Shown: positions 46,866 through 62,946 of the stretch, in pieces
How positions within the stretch are numbered: position 1 is the first letter of the stretch
Layout of the letters: every line of letters begins with the position of its first letter
DNA from: the human T2T-CHM13v2.0 reference genome, Homo sapiens
Length of the DNA stretch: 64,000 nt
NCBI RefSeq assembly: GCF_009914755.1
Contig: NC_060934.1
Strand: one strand, 5' to 3'
The notes under the pieces: generated by a model
The model's input: the letters and a program-made list of their open reading frames with translations, nothing else
Database searches by the model: none
What the model was told of the DNA's origin: nothing
Program-made: the position numbers and the translations under genes

Positions 46866-47233
46866 AGTTATCTAGTGAGGTGTTTTTAAAAGCACATGAA
46901 CAAAAGATCAAAAAAAATCAAAGACAGATAAACAAAATAGAGATCAAAAAAATGAAATGAAAGCTTCCAAAATTCTCATGAAAAATGCTAAGCATAATGA
47001 AAAGAACATTTTGATCCTTTCTAAGTCTTTGTTTCACAATTACCTGAATTCATTCTCACAATTCAATCACATTTTACTGATGAGTTAACTTGGAAAATGT
47101 TAAGTAACTTTTGACCAATAACAAAATGTAACTAATAGCAGAGTTTCTAGGTTTGGATACAGATATTTATTTCGCACAGCTACACTCAGATCTACTGAAT
47201 TATCAAAATAATGCCAAGTAGCCATTTTAACTC

Positions 47234-47853
<620 letters not shown>

Positions 47854-48374
47854 CACTTTAACTCTTTTCATACAAATTTATCTAGAGAAAATGTCCTTCT
47901 AAGAATAGACATTTCTATTATTCAAAGAGAAATCTGTGTAGATTCTGTCTTATGCCAGCTAAAGACATGTATATAAAACCACAAAATACATTCTTAATAT
48001 TATGAACATAACATAATTTATTTATGTATGTATGTATATTATGAATTATAATTCATTTATGTATGAAAAGCACACATTTGAGAATCAAGCTACCTATTAA
48101 AATGGTCTATATTTAACACACAGACATCATGCTGAAAATGGGTAGCTCTCTACCTCCCTTTTGCATATTAAGCAATATCTGTGTAATTGATTCTCTCTCT
48201 TTTGGTACTTAAAGATGCATTTGGCACTTGAGAAAGCTATCTTCAGCTTCTAATAGTAAGTTTGTTTCCTAGAGCTGTTTGGTACCTGAACAATTCAGAT
48301 ACATTTGTAGTTACTAAGGCTCAGAGAAGAGGGATACAAATTTGGTTGTTTTGTGTTGCTTCTAAGGATTTCTG

Positions 48375-48405
<31 letters not shown>

Positions 48406-48408
48406 ACT
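48375..48408. repeat. (CA)n microsatellite
   Basis: Seen directly. Confidence 0.9.
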
Positions 48409-50064
48409 ACTATTTAAAATGCTCTTAACTGAACAATTTTAAAGAAAAATATAATGGTCAGAAATCTTAAATTAAAAAAAAATCAAAGCCTACTTTATCC
48501 ATAAGTAGGTAAAGCAATGGTTACATTTAAAACTGTATTAACAAGAACAAGTTTTTCATTCCACCATTAGGAAAAGAGTTACCCTGAGAGAGATGCCAGT
48601 TTTACTTAAATTCATTGTAAGAGGTAAATGAGAGCAGAGTTGACTTGGGTCTGGGCACAAGTAGGACACCTGCCACTATTAAGATGGAAAAGAGATAAGA
48701 AAGGTGAAGTTGGAAATACTTAAGATTCTCCAACGTCACGAGACTACATACTTGCAGTTCTGCCAATGTTTAACATTTTCTCAAAGTAAGATATAGACAA
48801 AGTGCTCCAGTCTAGGAAATCAGATGGGCCCAACCTACCACTAGGAGGAAAAGGAAGCTATGACATTCTGAAGTTTGGCACCTCGTAAGTGCCCACTACT
48901 ATTAATTGCATTGAATATGAACTGAACTGTGGGTTCACTAAAAGCATACTTCTGGAGTTAGGAGGCCTTGGCAAATGAGGCTAAAAATTAACTCACACAT
49001 TCAAAGCCATCTATTTTTAAAATGCATGATAAGCAACACAGGAAGCTTTTATAACTAGCCAGCAAAATCTGAGCTTTCAATCAACAATTTCTTTCAACGA
49101 AGGTGTGGAGCATGGAAAGAATCCAGAAGCACAGATGGTATTTTACATCTGCACATGCAATTTCCTTTTTCTCCATTTTTATATAAACCTCTCTCTTTTT
49201 TTAAGAATGATAGAATTTACCAGTAAAATGCAGAACTACTTAATTGCCTCTAGAAATGTTCACACCTCCATTTCACATTTTTAGCAGCAATTTAACTGCC
49301 TTTAAGTATATGTAGAAAGATGGGAGGGTGGACCTTTTAAGCTCCCCTGTATTACAAAGTGAATAATTTCAGAAGATTCAATTCCTCCAGAGAGCTACAA
49401 TTTTTCCAGCACTTAAAATAACTGCACTCCACCATCCTTATCTCTAACTATTTTCCTAGGATTAATGCTAACTTTTCACTGGATCTTAAGGCTAAAATGA
49501 ACTTCAGAGATCATGTTACTTCAGTCCTCTCCTCAAAATATGAGTAATCATGATCCAGTAGGGCTGGCAGCTTGTTCAAGGTCACTTTGCTGCATAGCAC
49601 AGGGGAAAGGAGCAAAGTCCACCTGCATCATAATCCACAATCACAGAGACAAATGTAGGAAGACCAATACATAGCTGTGTCTCCAAGAATCTATTTCCAG
49701 GACTCCATCAGAATGCCAAGCCCTTCTTCTTATAAAGTAAGTCAGATTCATTTGAGCACATAGAGAAGCCTGACTTTTAAAATCTAAAAGCGTTTCTTTA
49801 AAAATTGAATACAAATAACAGGTTTCACTGTCATATTACATTCAAACCAAAGATAAATAAGGCATGAAAATAATATTGGATAGAATGAAATTCCAGGTAA
49901 CCAAACATGGTACAGGGGACTGAATTTGTACATTTAGGTAACGGGGAAAATAAAAATACTACAACATAAACTAAGAGAAACTTTCAAAAGCAATGTTCAA
50001 CTTACCTTTAGAAAAATGCTCTACTGAAATAAAATCAATTGACATATCCTCTGTTTTTCATACT

Positions 50065-51032
50065 AATTCCTCTGGCCCAAACCTCTCTCTTGAGCTCTAG
50101 AATTGAACAAAGTACCTCCATGACATCTCCATTGGACTATGTCAAAATCTCCTCGTCTTTATCACGTCTAACACCACACTCACCGCCAAAGCAACTTGCA
50201 TTGTCTCTTGTTTCAGGCAACGCCCCCAACATGAAGATATTTGTGCATCCAGAAATCTAAACATTCCTCTGAGACCTCCTAATCCCTTCAGCAAATCCTG
50301 ACCCTCTACCTCAATCACTCCTGAAACCTGCTAAATTTCCTCCATCTCTGTGGCCACTCCCTGCATCCACACTGCCATCTTGCTTCTCTCATGGATCTTC
50401 CAGTAGCCTTTGAACAGCTTTGCACATGTTCGCTCTGGACCTTTGTTGTCCCTCCTCTCCAGAATGAACTTTTGTCAATGCAAACCAGTTCTTATCACTC
50501 TCGTGCTTAAATCCTTCATTGGCTTCCACTGGCTTTATGATAAAGTCTAAATCCTTCAAAATCCCTAAAAATTTATAAAATGGTCCACAAGGAACTAGTG
50601 GCCCTGATGGCTTTTTGAGTCCCACCTGACCCAGTCCCTTTGCCCCACTCCCCCATCCTGCCATATCCCTGTAGTCTCCAGTCCAACCATTCTGGACCCT
50701 CTGTCCCCTGCCTGCCTCTCATCCTTTGCACAATGTTACCTTGGCTTGAAGCATGCTTCCTCCCACTTTCTACTTGATTCATTCATCTCAACTCTTGTGA
50801 AACTTTCTTAGGAAAATCTTCTATGATGCAACTCCCTGAAAGACTGGTTCCCTGTATTTTTCCTCTGTAACCAACATCAAAATTTGTAATCTTATATTTG
50901 TATAACTATTGTTTAATGTGTATCCCCTTATGATAATATCTATTTCTATTTATTCGCTCATCTCACTAGCACCTAAGACAGTAGGTGGCATATTATACAT
51001 ACTCAATGATCATTTATTAAATGAATGAATTA
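50065..51032 (+). mobile_element. L2 LINE 3' region
   Basis: 'tgcttaaatccttcattggcttccactg...aaagtctaaatcctt'; terminal 'agcacctaagacagt...aaatgaatgaat'. Confidence 0.85.
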
Positions 51033-51699
51033 ATAAAGAGAGAAAATTACTAATAAGAGACAAAATTAATAAAGAAAAGATAGAAATCTTTTTATCTAGA
51101 TTTCTAGATTAACAGAGGAGGAAGGGAAGGGGACAGAGAGAGAATATAAGTGATTTACAACACAAATCTCACCAACAGCTTAGAAAGTTCAATTTTATGT
51201 GTAACTATCTGTTACTTTGGATAATTCTGAGCTAGTAGGATACATCCTAACTAGACCACAGACCAGGGTCATACTTGGACCAAGTCAATCCCAGTTACCC
51301 AAACTTCAGTCAGCTTAACAGCTCTCTCTCAGGAGTAATAACCTCTAACAAAGGTATTCTGAAAGTCTCCAAATAAAAGAACACCACTTTTAGGTTCTTT
51401 GCTTGATCTCAGTAAACATCCTCAAATGGGCATGAAGAGTGATCTTCCCCCAATTCAAGTTCTGGAAAGACTTAATGTGTACTTCCAAGACTGTACCACT
51501 ATAGTGCCTACTAACTGGCCAAGGTACAGTGTCAAAAGCCCTAAAGCACAATTGCTCTAAAGTTTATGTGTGTGAATATTTGTTCTGTAAGGAAATGAGA
51601 AAGAAAATGATCAGAAAGAAAAATATTTGAGAGAGGGACCAACAAAATGTTACTCCCCTTAAATTATTTAGGAAAACAAAGTCAAGGCAATTATTATGA

Positions 51700-52025
<326 letters not shown>

Positions 52026-52777
52026 CTCTGATGTCTTCTTAACATCACAATTCTCAAACTTCAGAGCAAGGTTAGCAGGACACTTGTAATTTTGACAATG
52101 CAAAAGCAGAGAGAGACAGAATATGCCAATGCAATGCAGTAGACCACTTCATTTGATTATGTGACTTAGAACACTGGCATAATTTGGCTCCCATTAAGAG
52201 TTTTCTGAAGTTTGGATACAATTTCTAAGACACTCTTAATCCACTTCAACTAGAATGTACACTATGAATTTCAAGCCACCAATAATTCATAATATCTGGG
52301 AGGACCAGGAATAATCCATATTTATAAGTTTCAGAGACAAGATTTGCATTCCCCTTTTGGTTTCTCTGATGTTCTGCTGGCTGTATTTTTTGTGTGGGGT
52401 TGTATGCAAGGTTAACTTATGAGCACACGCTGTGCACAAGAAACTCTGTGTTATAGAACAAGGGGAAGAGTCCTAGGAATTTAAGAAACTATCATAAATA
52501 CAGACATCATGGCCATGTAAGCCATGGCTTGGCTTGCTGCCAGTTCTCTGCCACAGTTGCAGAAGGAACACAGCGATAGGGCAGTTCCTAGATATAATAT
52601 CTAACAGATGAGCAATCTACATAAAACATTTATTTCTAAGTTTAGAAAACCCCAATAAAGCCAATAAATTCGCAAATATCTCCCGAGGATCAGAGGAAAC
52701 AATAGAAAAGGCAAAGTATTACAATTAAGCATCTGTGTTATAATTAGGAAGATAAAACATAACAATAAGATAGTCAC

Positions 52778-53108
<331 letters not shown>

Positions 53109-53819
53109 TCACTAACACACAGCAGCATGTAAGAAGTGTCAAGAGAGGAGTAAAATAAAAAATTGCTGTAGTTAGAGGAGGGTGGTTGTACAAGGTTTTG
53201 GTTTTGTTTTGTTTTCTCCAAAGTCTTCCTACAGCATGCAGAATTTAACCTGCCTCTTGCTGGGATCCAAAGAGGCAGGGAGGGCATGGCAAGAAGAACC
53301 AGAAGGGGTGACAGCCCCAAGTGCTTGTATTTCGTTAAAAAATTCCCTCTTCTCAAGAAAGAAAATTATTCCTTTTACGTGAGCTACTGGATTGTTTTGC
53401 AGGCTAGAGCCATTTTCTGCTGGATTGGGTTTTGAAATGGTATTTTTCCATTTATTTTACAGTATCTTATGGGGGTGGAAAGAGAAGTATCAGCAGGTTA
53501 ATTTCTACCTTTCACAGAGAATCTGCTGTTTACAATGTAAGACAAAACTACCGAAGTATGGGACACAATTAGGGAAGTCAGGAACACATTTAAATAAACT
53601 GATGTTAATGAAAAAACTGAATTCTGCATATAATTCCCACTTAGAATGTTAGGTCCCAGCATCGCAATACATCTACTGACATGAGATTTTTTTTTCTCCT
53701 CAGAGAGGAAATTTATGTTTTATTATTTATCATTCCTATGCTTAAGCTTGCTTATTGGATTTATTCAATAGGCATCATCTTCATCATCTTATAGATGTGC
53801 ATAGAAAAGGTGAAGTAAC

Positions 53820-54196
<377 letters not shown>

Positions 54197-54559
54197 TTAG
54201 AATCCTCAGTCCCTTATATTTACCCTAGTTGGATATTTGGCACTTAAACTATGATGCTTTCCAGTAATAAGCCAACAATTTTAATAATGTCTAAATGTTT
54301 CTCTCTCCTTCAGTTCTGACAGACAGAGCTTATACATTTTTGAGCACATCAATTTGATTGCATCTCAAATACAGATTAATGTGGAAACAGTAATAATTAT
54401 TGGAGAAATGACTGTTGGCAGGGCATTTAAAATGCTTAATTCTCTAAGCTTATTTCAGGTATATACTGAATAGTGATATGAGAGTGACAAGCAGTGAAAT
54501 ATGTAGAAAAAGAAAGGACATGAGGAGTTTTTCAATCAATCAGTAGTAATACAATCATC

Positions 54560-54725
54560 TCTTTCACTTATTGAGAACTTACTATTTCAGGAAACACAAA
54601 TATATTTTCTCTAGCACTAACAACAAAACTGTAAGATGCAGATTATTATATCCATTTAACAGTGCCAATATTGTGGCTCAGAGAGGTTAATTAACTTGCC
54701 CAAGGTCACCAATCTAATAAATGAT
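54560..54725 (-). mobile_element. MIR SINE
   Basis: 'ggctcagagaggttaattaacttgcccaaggtcac' MIR core. Confidence 0.85.
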
Positions 54726-54744
54726 ATAAATTGACCCATTGTTT

Positions 54745-55200
54745 CCAACCCTATTGATAGTATCTGACTTCAGGCTCTCATCATCTCTCGCCTACCATTT
54801 TGCTATGCCTGTATTCTCATATGTATACCTGTCACTGTTGCTCCATATACATTCTTTGCTCCTGCCATTTTGAGTAGTTCTAGTCTCCTGGACCAGCTAT
54901 GCTGTCTCATGCCTCTGCACTTCTGCCTAGAACAGTCTTCCTACTTTTCTCTGAATGAGTTCCTTGTCTTCCTTCAAGACTCAGCTCAAGAGTCTCCCCT
55001 CTGAGGTCTTTCCTGATCCTAGCCCAGCAGAGGTGATCATGCCCTCCTCTGGAGCCAGTATATAGCCCTGTTTATTCACTAGTTTACTCACTAGTTATGT
55101 TTATATGCATGGATCCCTATTAAAGACTTAGAGCTCCTTGAAAACAGTATTCATGTTTTATCTTTGAATTACCAGCACATAACACAGTTCCTGAAACTTA
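54745..55200 (+). mobile_element. L2 LINE 3' region
   Basis: 'ccttcaagactcagctcaag...gagctccttgaaaacag...ccagcacataacacagttcctg'. Confidence 0.75.
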
Positions 55201-58200
55201 ATGTTCACAAAATAGGAGTACCTAGGCTACCTTTGTTAGAAGTTTAAGCTGGACCCAAAGTTGATTGCAGATTGCAGTCAGCATTCTCAAGAACCAATTT
55301 TCTTTCAATGCTATAGAGAGGATTTTTTAAAATTAAAAAACAGAGAATTTTTATATTACATTTTAATTAAAAATTGGATCTGCTACTCCTTCATTTGCTG
55401 TTCATTTCCCCTGTTACATTTATTAATTATCAAATATATTAGTTGGTTTTAACCGCTGCTTGCTCCCTTGTAGTCCATCTGTGCTTTCTTCTCAATAATG
55501 CATTGAAGTCATAAGTGCTAGATTTATTGCCTTGGTGATTTTCATGGCACAAATTGCGATTTCGCTAGCACTGAGCAGAAGGAAGAGCTAATAGGCAAGG
55601 CAGAAAATGCCTAATCAATATCACTCCTGGCATAAGTTTAAAACCCTAAACCCCCAAGCAGATTTTGCAAAGGGCTATACTTAAGGCCATAATCTCTAGA
55701 AATGCATTTACTATAGTAAGAAGTTGAGAATCACTTTCTTTCCTACCAAATTCTCAATTACTTCACAAGCCTCCTAGGAAAGCACTAAGGTCTTTGAATA
55801 ACTCAGCTGGCCCGCAGGAGAAAAAAGGAAACCGTGCAGGAATTAGATAGGAATATGTTATTTCCAAGAAGGGCCCTTTCTCCTAAAGATACATCCTTTT
55901 TTCTAAAGATAAAATAAAGTACTTCTACATCAGCATAGAGAAGAGGATTTCTGAATATGAGTGTTAAAAGACATCCTAAGGATTAGATATCAGTCATGAA
56001 ACTGATTGGAGGCATGTTCTAAACTGGGTAGTCTGGGGGATGGACCACAATATTATGAGTCAAGCAACTAACCAGATTTTGTTGACTAGAAGCCACCCAC
56101 CTCCTATATTAACTACATCAATGAAATTAAGTGCTCATGAGGCATTAACTGGATTGCTGAACCAGACAGGCATTTCTGCTATAGTCATGAGTTCTACCAG
56201 AAGCCACCTGTGTGTTCTCACAAAAAAGCAGGTGTTCACCTAAGGGTCAGGAGAGGCAAGTGTGATCAGGGGACCAGTAAGCATCCTGGTATAAAGACCT
56301 TCATTACTCAGCCTTTTAAACTTTGAATCCCTTTAAATATCCATAGGTCTACCTAATTTGAGAAAAAAAAAAACTTCCTTTATTCGAAACCACATTGCTA
56401 ATGTCCTCAAGTAAAAAGAAAGTGTCTAAAGTGCAGGCTTAGCACCATAACACAAATATAAGCCAAATAGCTGCCTTTTCATTTAATACACTATGAAGAC
56501 CAAGCAATCAATATAATGATTAGGAAACAGTTCCAATCAGTTATTCAATGTTCTTTCTTGGGGCTACCATCTAGGAAATTTGTCTCAGTGCAAAAAAAAA
56601 AAGTATAGTCCTATCTTCCTGGCCACCCCCACTAAAGCAGAATAACCTGATCCCACTGTGTTATGTTTCGTTGTCTACCTCAACACATTTCAACAATGTG
56701 CTAATTTTAACTACATTTGAGTTATATGTGAATTGTTTTTATTTTTTAGAATTTGTACATTTTAATTTTCCTTGAGAAGAAGCTAAGAATTATTCAGATA
56801 CTAGACAGTGATAGCAGTTTCACAATAAGAACTTGTGCATGTATTAAGCAACCATGTGGCTTTCCCTCTACCCTATCAATAATACATATATGTCTCAGTT
56901 TCATGTCCCTTAATAAATAATTAAGAAATCACTAAAATAAACAGCCAAGGCATTCAAAATACATTAGTTCTCCCCATAGACATTGGGATGGTTCCCATTA
57001 CATACTTTTTAAGAGTCTGATTTACTTGCAAAAGCTACACATATTTTATTAAAATGTAAGTAATCAAAGCAAAATTTAAAAGCACATGAAAAGAATAAAA
57101 ATAAAGATAAGAAAAATCTAATCAGTTCTCTATTAGGAAGGGAGAGGGACACAGTCAATTCAGCTAGAAATATAATGGTTTCCAAGGTCAATGCCAGTTC
57201 AAGGAAGAGGTGCGTTGCTTTGCAACACTTTTCAGGGAGAAGGTAGGATCAGGAGCTCCAGTGTTTCCTTCTAAACAAGCACAAAATATGATATATTAAA
57301 ACACCTATATTTATAACTAATCTCAAATTCACTTATCACTTTTAACTTGGTATTCATATATTCAGAATAATAATAGAAGCTCAGAGATTTAAGCAATCTA
57401 TCCTCATATGTATTGTTCCTTGAGTTATCCTCAAATGGTTGGCAAAAATCTACACCTGGAGTGAGAATTCCACAAATACTTACAGAGAAGGAAAAATAAT
57501 AGGAAGAAAATACCAAAGATGCTCCTGTTGGGCAACAGTCACTAACCATGACCAAGTTAAAAATTTTTATATTATCTAATTGACTATCACAACATCATGA
57601 ATACATTTTAAAGCTAAATCTGAAGTGGAGAACCAAATATTAAAATATATATTAATTTAAATATTGTTTATAATTCTACTCTAAATTTCATTCACAGCAG
57701 AACACCCTCAGCCATGAGAAAAAATCATTTTCACCCTTTAGATTAGAAAATTTCCTGATCCTACATTAGATTTCCTTAACCATATATTTTTACAAGATTC
57801 ATGATCAGTCCTGCCTTTCCAATCTTACTACTTGGGTAACAGATACTTTGATAACTTTTATAATGGACACTTAAATAACAGAGTAAATAGAATGAGAAAT
57901 AATAAATTATTGCTATTACTCATAAAAGCATAAGATTAAGCTTTTTCATAGAGAAGGCTGTATCGCATAAAAAATCTGCCTAGACTACGTTTATAAATTA
58001 AGGTTCATCCTTTCCTTCATTGCTGATTTTATATCATTCAGGTTATAGATTAGCAGTATAAATGATAGGATCTAATAATAAGAAAACCAGTTTAAAATAA
58101 TTACATGAAACTCCTTCATATTATGTTATATTTGTGCCTTGTATGTTATAAATATCAAGACATGTCAAAGGAGTTAAAACATATTCTCTAAGTAGGGTAT

Positions 58201-59269
58201 CCTAATGATACTGAAGATCTTAACCTTGAGCTTCAAATTTGCTGTCCAAATATGGTCTGAATTATTTTTAATTTTTAATTGCATTCAATATCTACTTTGA
58301 ACTGTGAGTGAAAAGCAAATAATTACATTGTTAATGAGACAAGATACACTATCAAGAATAACACCTCACATTTTTTATGTAGTTTATTTTTTAACTTGTT
58401 TTGATCAAAGCCATAGTTGAAAGAAAATTGTCTACATATATATGTGGCTGATCACATAATAGTAATCAAAAATATGACTAGTCTTCTTGTTTATTATTTA
58501 TAAGAAACAAAAGAAATACTATATCCTATGAAATAAAGTAAGAAAAAATGAACCCTAATTTGTAAATGCTAGATGCAACTGTGAAAAAAAAAATGAGAGG
58601 GACTAAAAGTAAAAAACATAGGTAAGACACTGAGAAGAGCTATTCACCACATCACCCTCCAATATCACCTCCAATCAGTCAACGTTAGTCACCCTCATAT
58701 AATCTATGTGTGCTCATAAAATTTAGAAGTTGATCTTTATTAAAATATCAACAAGAAGTATTTTATTGCATAAGAGCTGTATTGTCAGACTTACTTTTAA
58801 AGTTTATGTTTGTGTCATATAAAAATTTGAAATAATGAGTTAGTTTACCTTTACATATTAGCTCATCCCTTATTATGATATTTTCATTACAAATGTAAAT
58901 ACATAGACTTGGTTATAATCTATTCAGTTCCCTGCCAATCTTTCCACTCTCAAGAATTTTCAAACTTTTACTAATACGCAAGCCTGCACAAACCCTGAGA
59001 AGTCTTTATTCTCTATTGAATTTACAATCTAGAGAGATAGATTATGTTAATATCAATGAAATAACAGCAATATATAAATAAGACCAACCTGGCCAGCTTA
59101 AACATGACGTTATCTATATAAAGCCTCATAGCAACAGCAGAAGATCTTTCCCTCCACTCTCATCATATCCTACACATAATTCCACCCTAGGAACATGGTG
59201 TTTAAAATGGCTTGCTTGTAAAATCAGGGAATTGGTTTCATTCACCCAAGATCTCTAGGATATTCAATA

Positions 59270-59335
59270 ATGATGGATGGATATGATATGGACAGATGAA
59301 TGAGTGGATAGATGGATAGATAAATGGATGAAGGG
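59270..59335. repeat. Degenerate (TGGA)n simple repeat
   Basis: gatggatggat...gatagatggatagataaatggatg; probably derived from an L2 tail. Confidence 0.7.
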
Positions 59336-59510
59336 GTGGAAGAAACAGTATATTTTTTTTCATACTTATGTGGATATAAATATAAATTTTGAAGAAATTC
59401 ATAGCAATACCTCATCCCTATAAAATGAAACTCATCTGAAGGATTTTCTTTAAAAAATGTTACTTGAACTAAAACAGGTGCAAGATTTTTATGCAACCTG
59501 GCAGATGCAT

Positions 59511-59562
59511 ACAGAATATCACTTCATTTAGTTGGGACAGAATATCACTTCATTTAGTTGGG
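59511..59562. repeat. Perfect 26-bp tandem duplication
   Basis: acagaatatcacttcatttagttggg x2. Confidence 0.95.
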
Positions 59563-61029
59563 AGATAATCTCAACCAAAGTCTCAATTAATTTAGTAATG
59601 AAGTTGAAGAGAAATTCAATGCTTATCAGTAAGTAATCATATCATTTGAAAGCCTGTTTGGATGTCAGCTGCTTGGGTTCAGCAAATCCTGAAATGCTCC
59701 TCTGCAATATCCAAGTCCTGCCAAAGCAGGACAAACTATTTTTAGATGAGGCATGTCAAAAACGTAGTCTGTTTTATAAAGAATGTGAAGACTACATCAA
59801 TATAGTAAGGAAGAAAATGCCAGTTGGAAAGCAAGTGGGCTATTAGAAGTCATGAGACACACACACAAACATAAATGCCAATGTTCAGGGAAATCATATA
59901 TAGAGCCTCTCTGTGAGACCAAAATACCCTATCAGTCATAGATATGGAGAGTTCTTTCCACCAGTTGCTTCTATAACAATTCCAAACACTAGTATCTGTT
60001 ATGTTTGTTTGCTTTATAATTTTTAATATAATGTAATTTTCATTCTGCCATACTTATATAAACCTAGACCAAAAACATTAACTGATGTAGTGTTATTATA
60101 AGACCCTCCAGTGGACTGTTGTGACTACAATTTCCAAGGGGATTAAAAAAAGGAAAAGAAGAATGAGATGTTTTCATACTGATTAGCAACTGCACCTCAT
60201 TGCACCACAGTATGAAGAAACGGATTTGGAAACACAGCACCAAGATTAGAGAGGCTTTTGAGCCATAGTTTCAATTTAGGTCTCATCACTTTACCTGGCA
60301 ATAGTACCAATTTAGCAGGCACTGGGCTGTGCAGAAAGATTTACATGTAAATGAACACACTTTGGGGCATTTTGCTTTGCCTCAGTTAAAGAGAAACATC
60401 ACTTTTCATTGGCACTACAAAAATAAAACAGAGGTTAACACAGAAGGGTCCAGGGAAGAGTCCATTAGTGGAAAAGCTAATTTGGCAGCTGCATCAAACT
60501 CCTGGAGATCATGAGCAGTGCTTCTAGGAAGCACTAAAGAGTTTGAAAAACACAGATATTGTGGAAGTTATTAGATGATAAAGTGTACACATAACATTTT
60601 GCAATTTATAGGGGGAAAATCACCAAATTAAGGGATGATTATCTTATTTTTAATATTCTTTTAAAAAGTTTTATACATTTAGATACACAATTCATACCTT
60701 CTCTAATATAAATATATTAAAATAAGTTTAAAATAAAATAAAGTTTTAAATAAAAATAATAAAGGATTTTTAAATAGTTAAAATCAAATAAAAAATAAAG
60801 TGGATCTCAAACATCATAATGCAGTGCCATGTGCCTCATCATTAGTGTGGATTTCTGCTCACTCATTTTAGCCCTCTACCTCTAAGCTAATGTCATAATG
60901 GCCTGGATCCTTACATAATTCGATTTTAATAGATTATCTCAGTCATATAGTTCCTATAAAGCCCAGTCACCGGGGGATGGAGGTTTGTGATTTCTTCTCA
61001 GACTATATTAACTAACCCTTACTCTTTTC

Positions 61030-61260
61030 TTTCATTCATTCAAGTATTCATTCATTCAATAAATACACATATAGTGCTTAATAAGTATAAGGAATCATGT
61101 GAGACAATATAAGGCATGGAGAAATATGATTAGTCATAGATTCTTGTGCTCAAAAAGGTTATGGTCTAATATGAGATAAAAGATCTGTGCAAATAAAGAC
61201 ATAATCTAAAAACAGACATATAATAATATCATGTGGAAATACCATGATAATTTAAAGAGA
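61030..61260 (-). mobile_element. L2 LINE 3' end
   Basis: (TTCA)n tail then 'gtgcttaataagtataagg...tgtgctcaaaaaggttatggtctaat'. Confidence 0.7.
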
Positions 61261-62032
61261 AAGAAAGCAAGAACAAGAGTGAGAGAGTAAGTGAGTGAGT
61301 GAATGAGTGAAAAATTGAGAGATGCCAAATGGGGAGATAAGAAATGCTTTTCCTACATGGAATCCTCTGTCTTCTGCTTGCTAGGCATGTATTGGAATGG
61401 CTTATGTTCCATCCAGAACCCTTCAGGACAAGAACTTGGCATATGGCCCAGAGAAGGCATTCAGCAAACCTTCACTGAAGGAATGAGTGAATAAATTAAC
61501 GAATGAATATTTCTCTTTGGTTTTGTAGACATTAGCATGTGAATTTATAAAAACAATGCATATAGCCAATCCATATTTATTTTTTCTTGCAAAACTGAAA
61601 CAAAATGCTTCATAAAACACAAAATATATTCAAAAGTGGCCACATCATTTAAATAGTTAAGATTTTTTATTGCAAAGATAAACGGTGCCTGCATTACATA
61701 AGACTCTCCCTGTTACTTAGATGGACTAGGGGCATTACTGAAAGACAAATTTGCAAGACACCCATAAAGCTACCAAAATTCAGAATGTTTTTTCCTTACT
61801 CTAAATGCATTTTGATGCAAGGAGAACTGTGACCTTTCAAATAGAACTCTTAAGTTTTTTTCACTTTATATTTTAACTTTGCAGGATTTCACTATAATGA
61901 AGTTTTTGCACAAATACCACTAAAAGAATTATTATTATGTTCCTGCAAAAAATATTTTGTCTCTCATTATTCTCGTTACAGACACTTGAAAATCTGCAAA
62001 TTTATATTGAGTTCCTGCCTTATTATCCTATA

Positions 62033-62374
62033 CTGTCAGCCCTCCATATCCATAGGTTCTACATCCATAAACTCAACTAACTGCAAATTGAAAATATACA
62101 AGAGAAAAACAAACAATAAAAAATAACAATACAATTAAAATTAATACGAATAGAACAATACAGTATAATGACTACTTAGATAGAATATACATTGTATTAG
62201 GTATTATGAGTAATCTACAGGTGATTTTAAATATATGGGAGGATGTGTGTGGATTAAATGTAAGTACTACACACCATTTTATATAAGGGACTTACATAAA
62301 CCTAAGGGACCCCCCATAGGTTTTGCTATCGGGAGTCCTAGAGCCAATCCCCCATGGATACTGAGGGAGGACTG
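62033..62374. mobile_element. MER2/MER2B (TcMar-Tigger MITE), full length
   Basis: TIRs ctgtcagccctccatatccat / atggatactgagggaggactg with TA on both sides; internal 'acattgtattaggtattatgagtaatct'. Confidence 0.88.
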
Positions 62375-62906
62375 TACTTGTGACCTCAGAATAGTAACTG
62401 TTACTTTAGTTGGCAATTTAGCTCTTAAGAAAATATAAAAATTAAGTACCAGGGCCTGGATTACATTTAAGAATTATAAAGGTTATTTTCAAATGTTAGG
62501 TGTTTAAATTTAAAGATAGACAACATAAATTCAGGCTCTTAATTATGTGCTTCTTGAAAGTGCTTTCTTAAAAAATAATTTACTAGTAGAATCAAGATAA
62601 TTAAAATTAATGATCCAACAGCCTGTTGTACTCACACCAATTAACCATTGGAATGCTAAAGAGTTCTAGGAGATAGATTGCTCTTCGAACAAATAAATCA
62701 GTTTCAAAGTAAAGTATATTATCTCTGTGGGGGAGTCTATAAAGTAAATATTGAATCACTTCTCAGCAATATGGACTCTTGCCAATAAATCTCAAAAACA
62801 ACATTATTTTCAAAGAAAAAAGATGGCTACCTCATTTGGCACACATAAAGGATGAATGATATAGTTAGTCGAATCAGCCAATCAGAGTATACATATGTGT
62901 ATATAC

Positions 62907-62909
<3 letters not shown>

Positions 62910-62945
<36 letters not shown>
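62910..62945. repeat. (TG)n microsatellite
   Basis: Seen directly. Confidence 0.95.

Positions 62946-62946
<1 letters not shown>

Noticed and set aside
55771-60555. Two similar ~35-bp segments (ctcctaggaaagcactaaggtctttgaataactcag near 55771 and cttctaggaagcactaaagagtttgaaaaacacag near 60521)
   Set aside because: Short, gapped and AT-rich with no flanking homology; compatible with chance or old repeat debris
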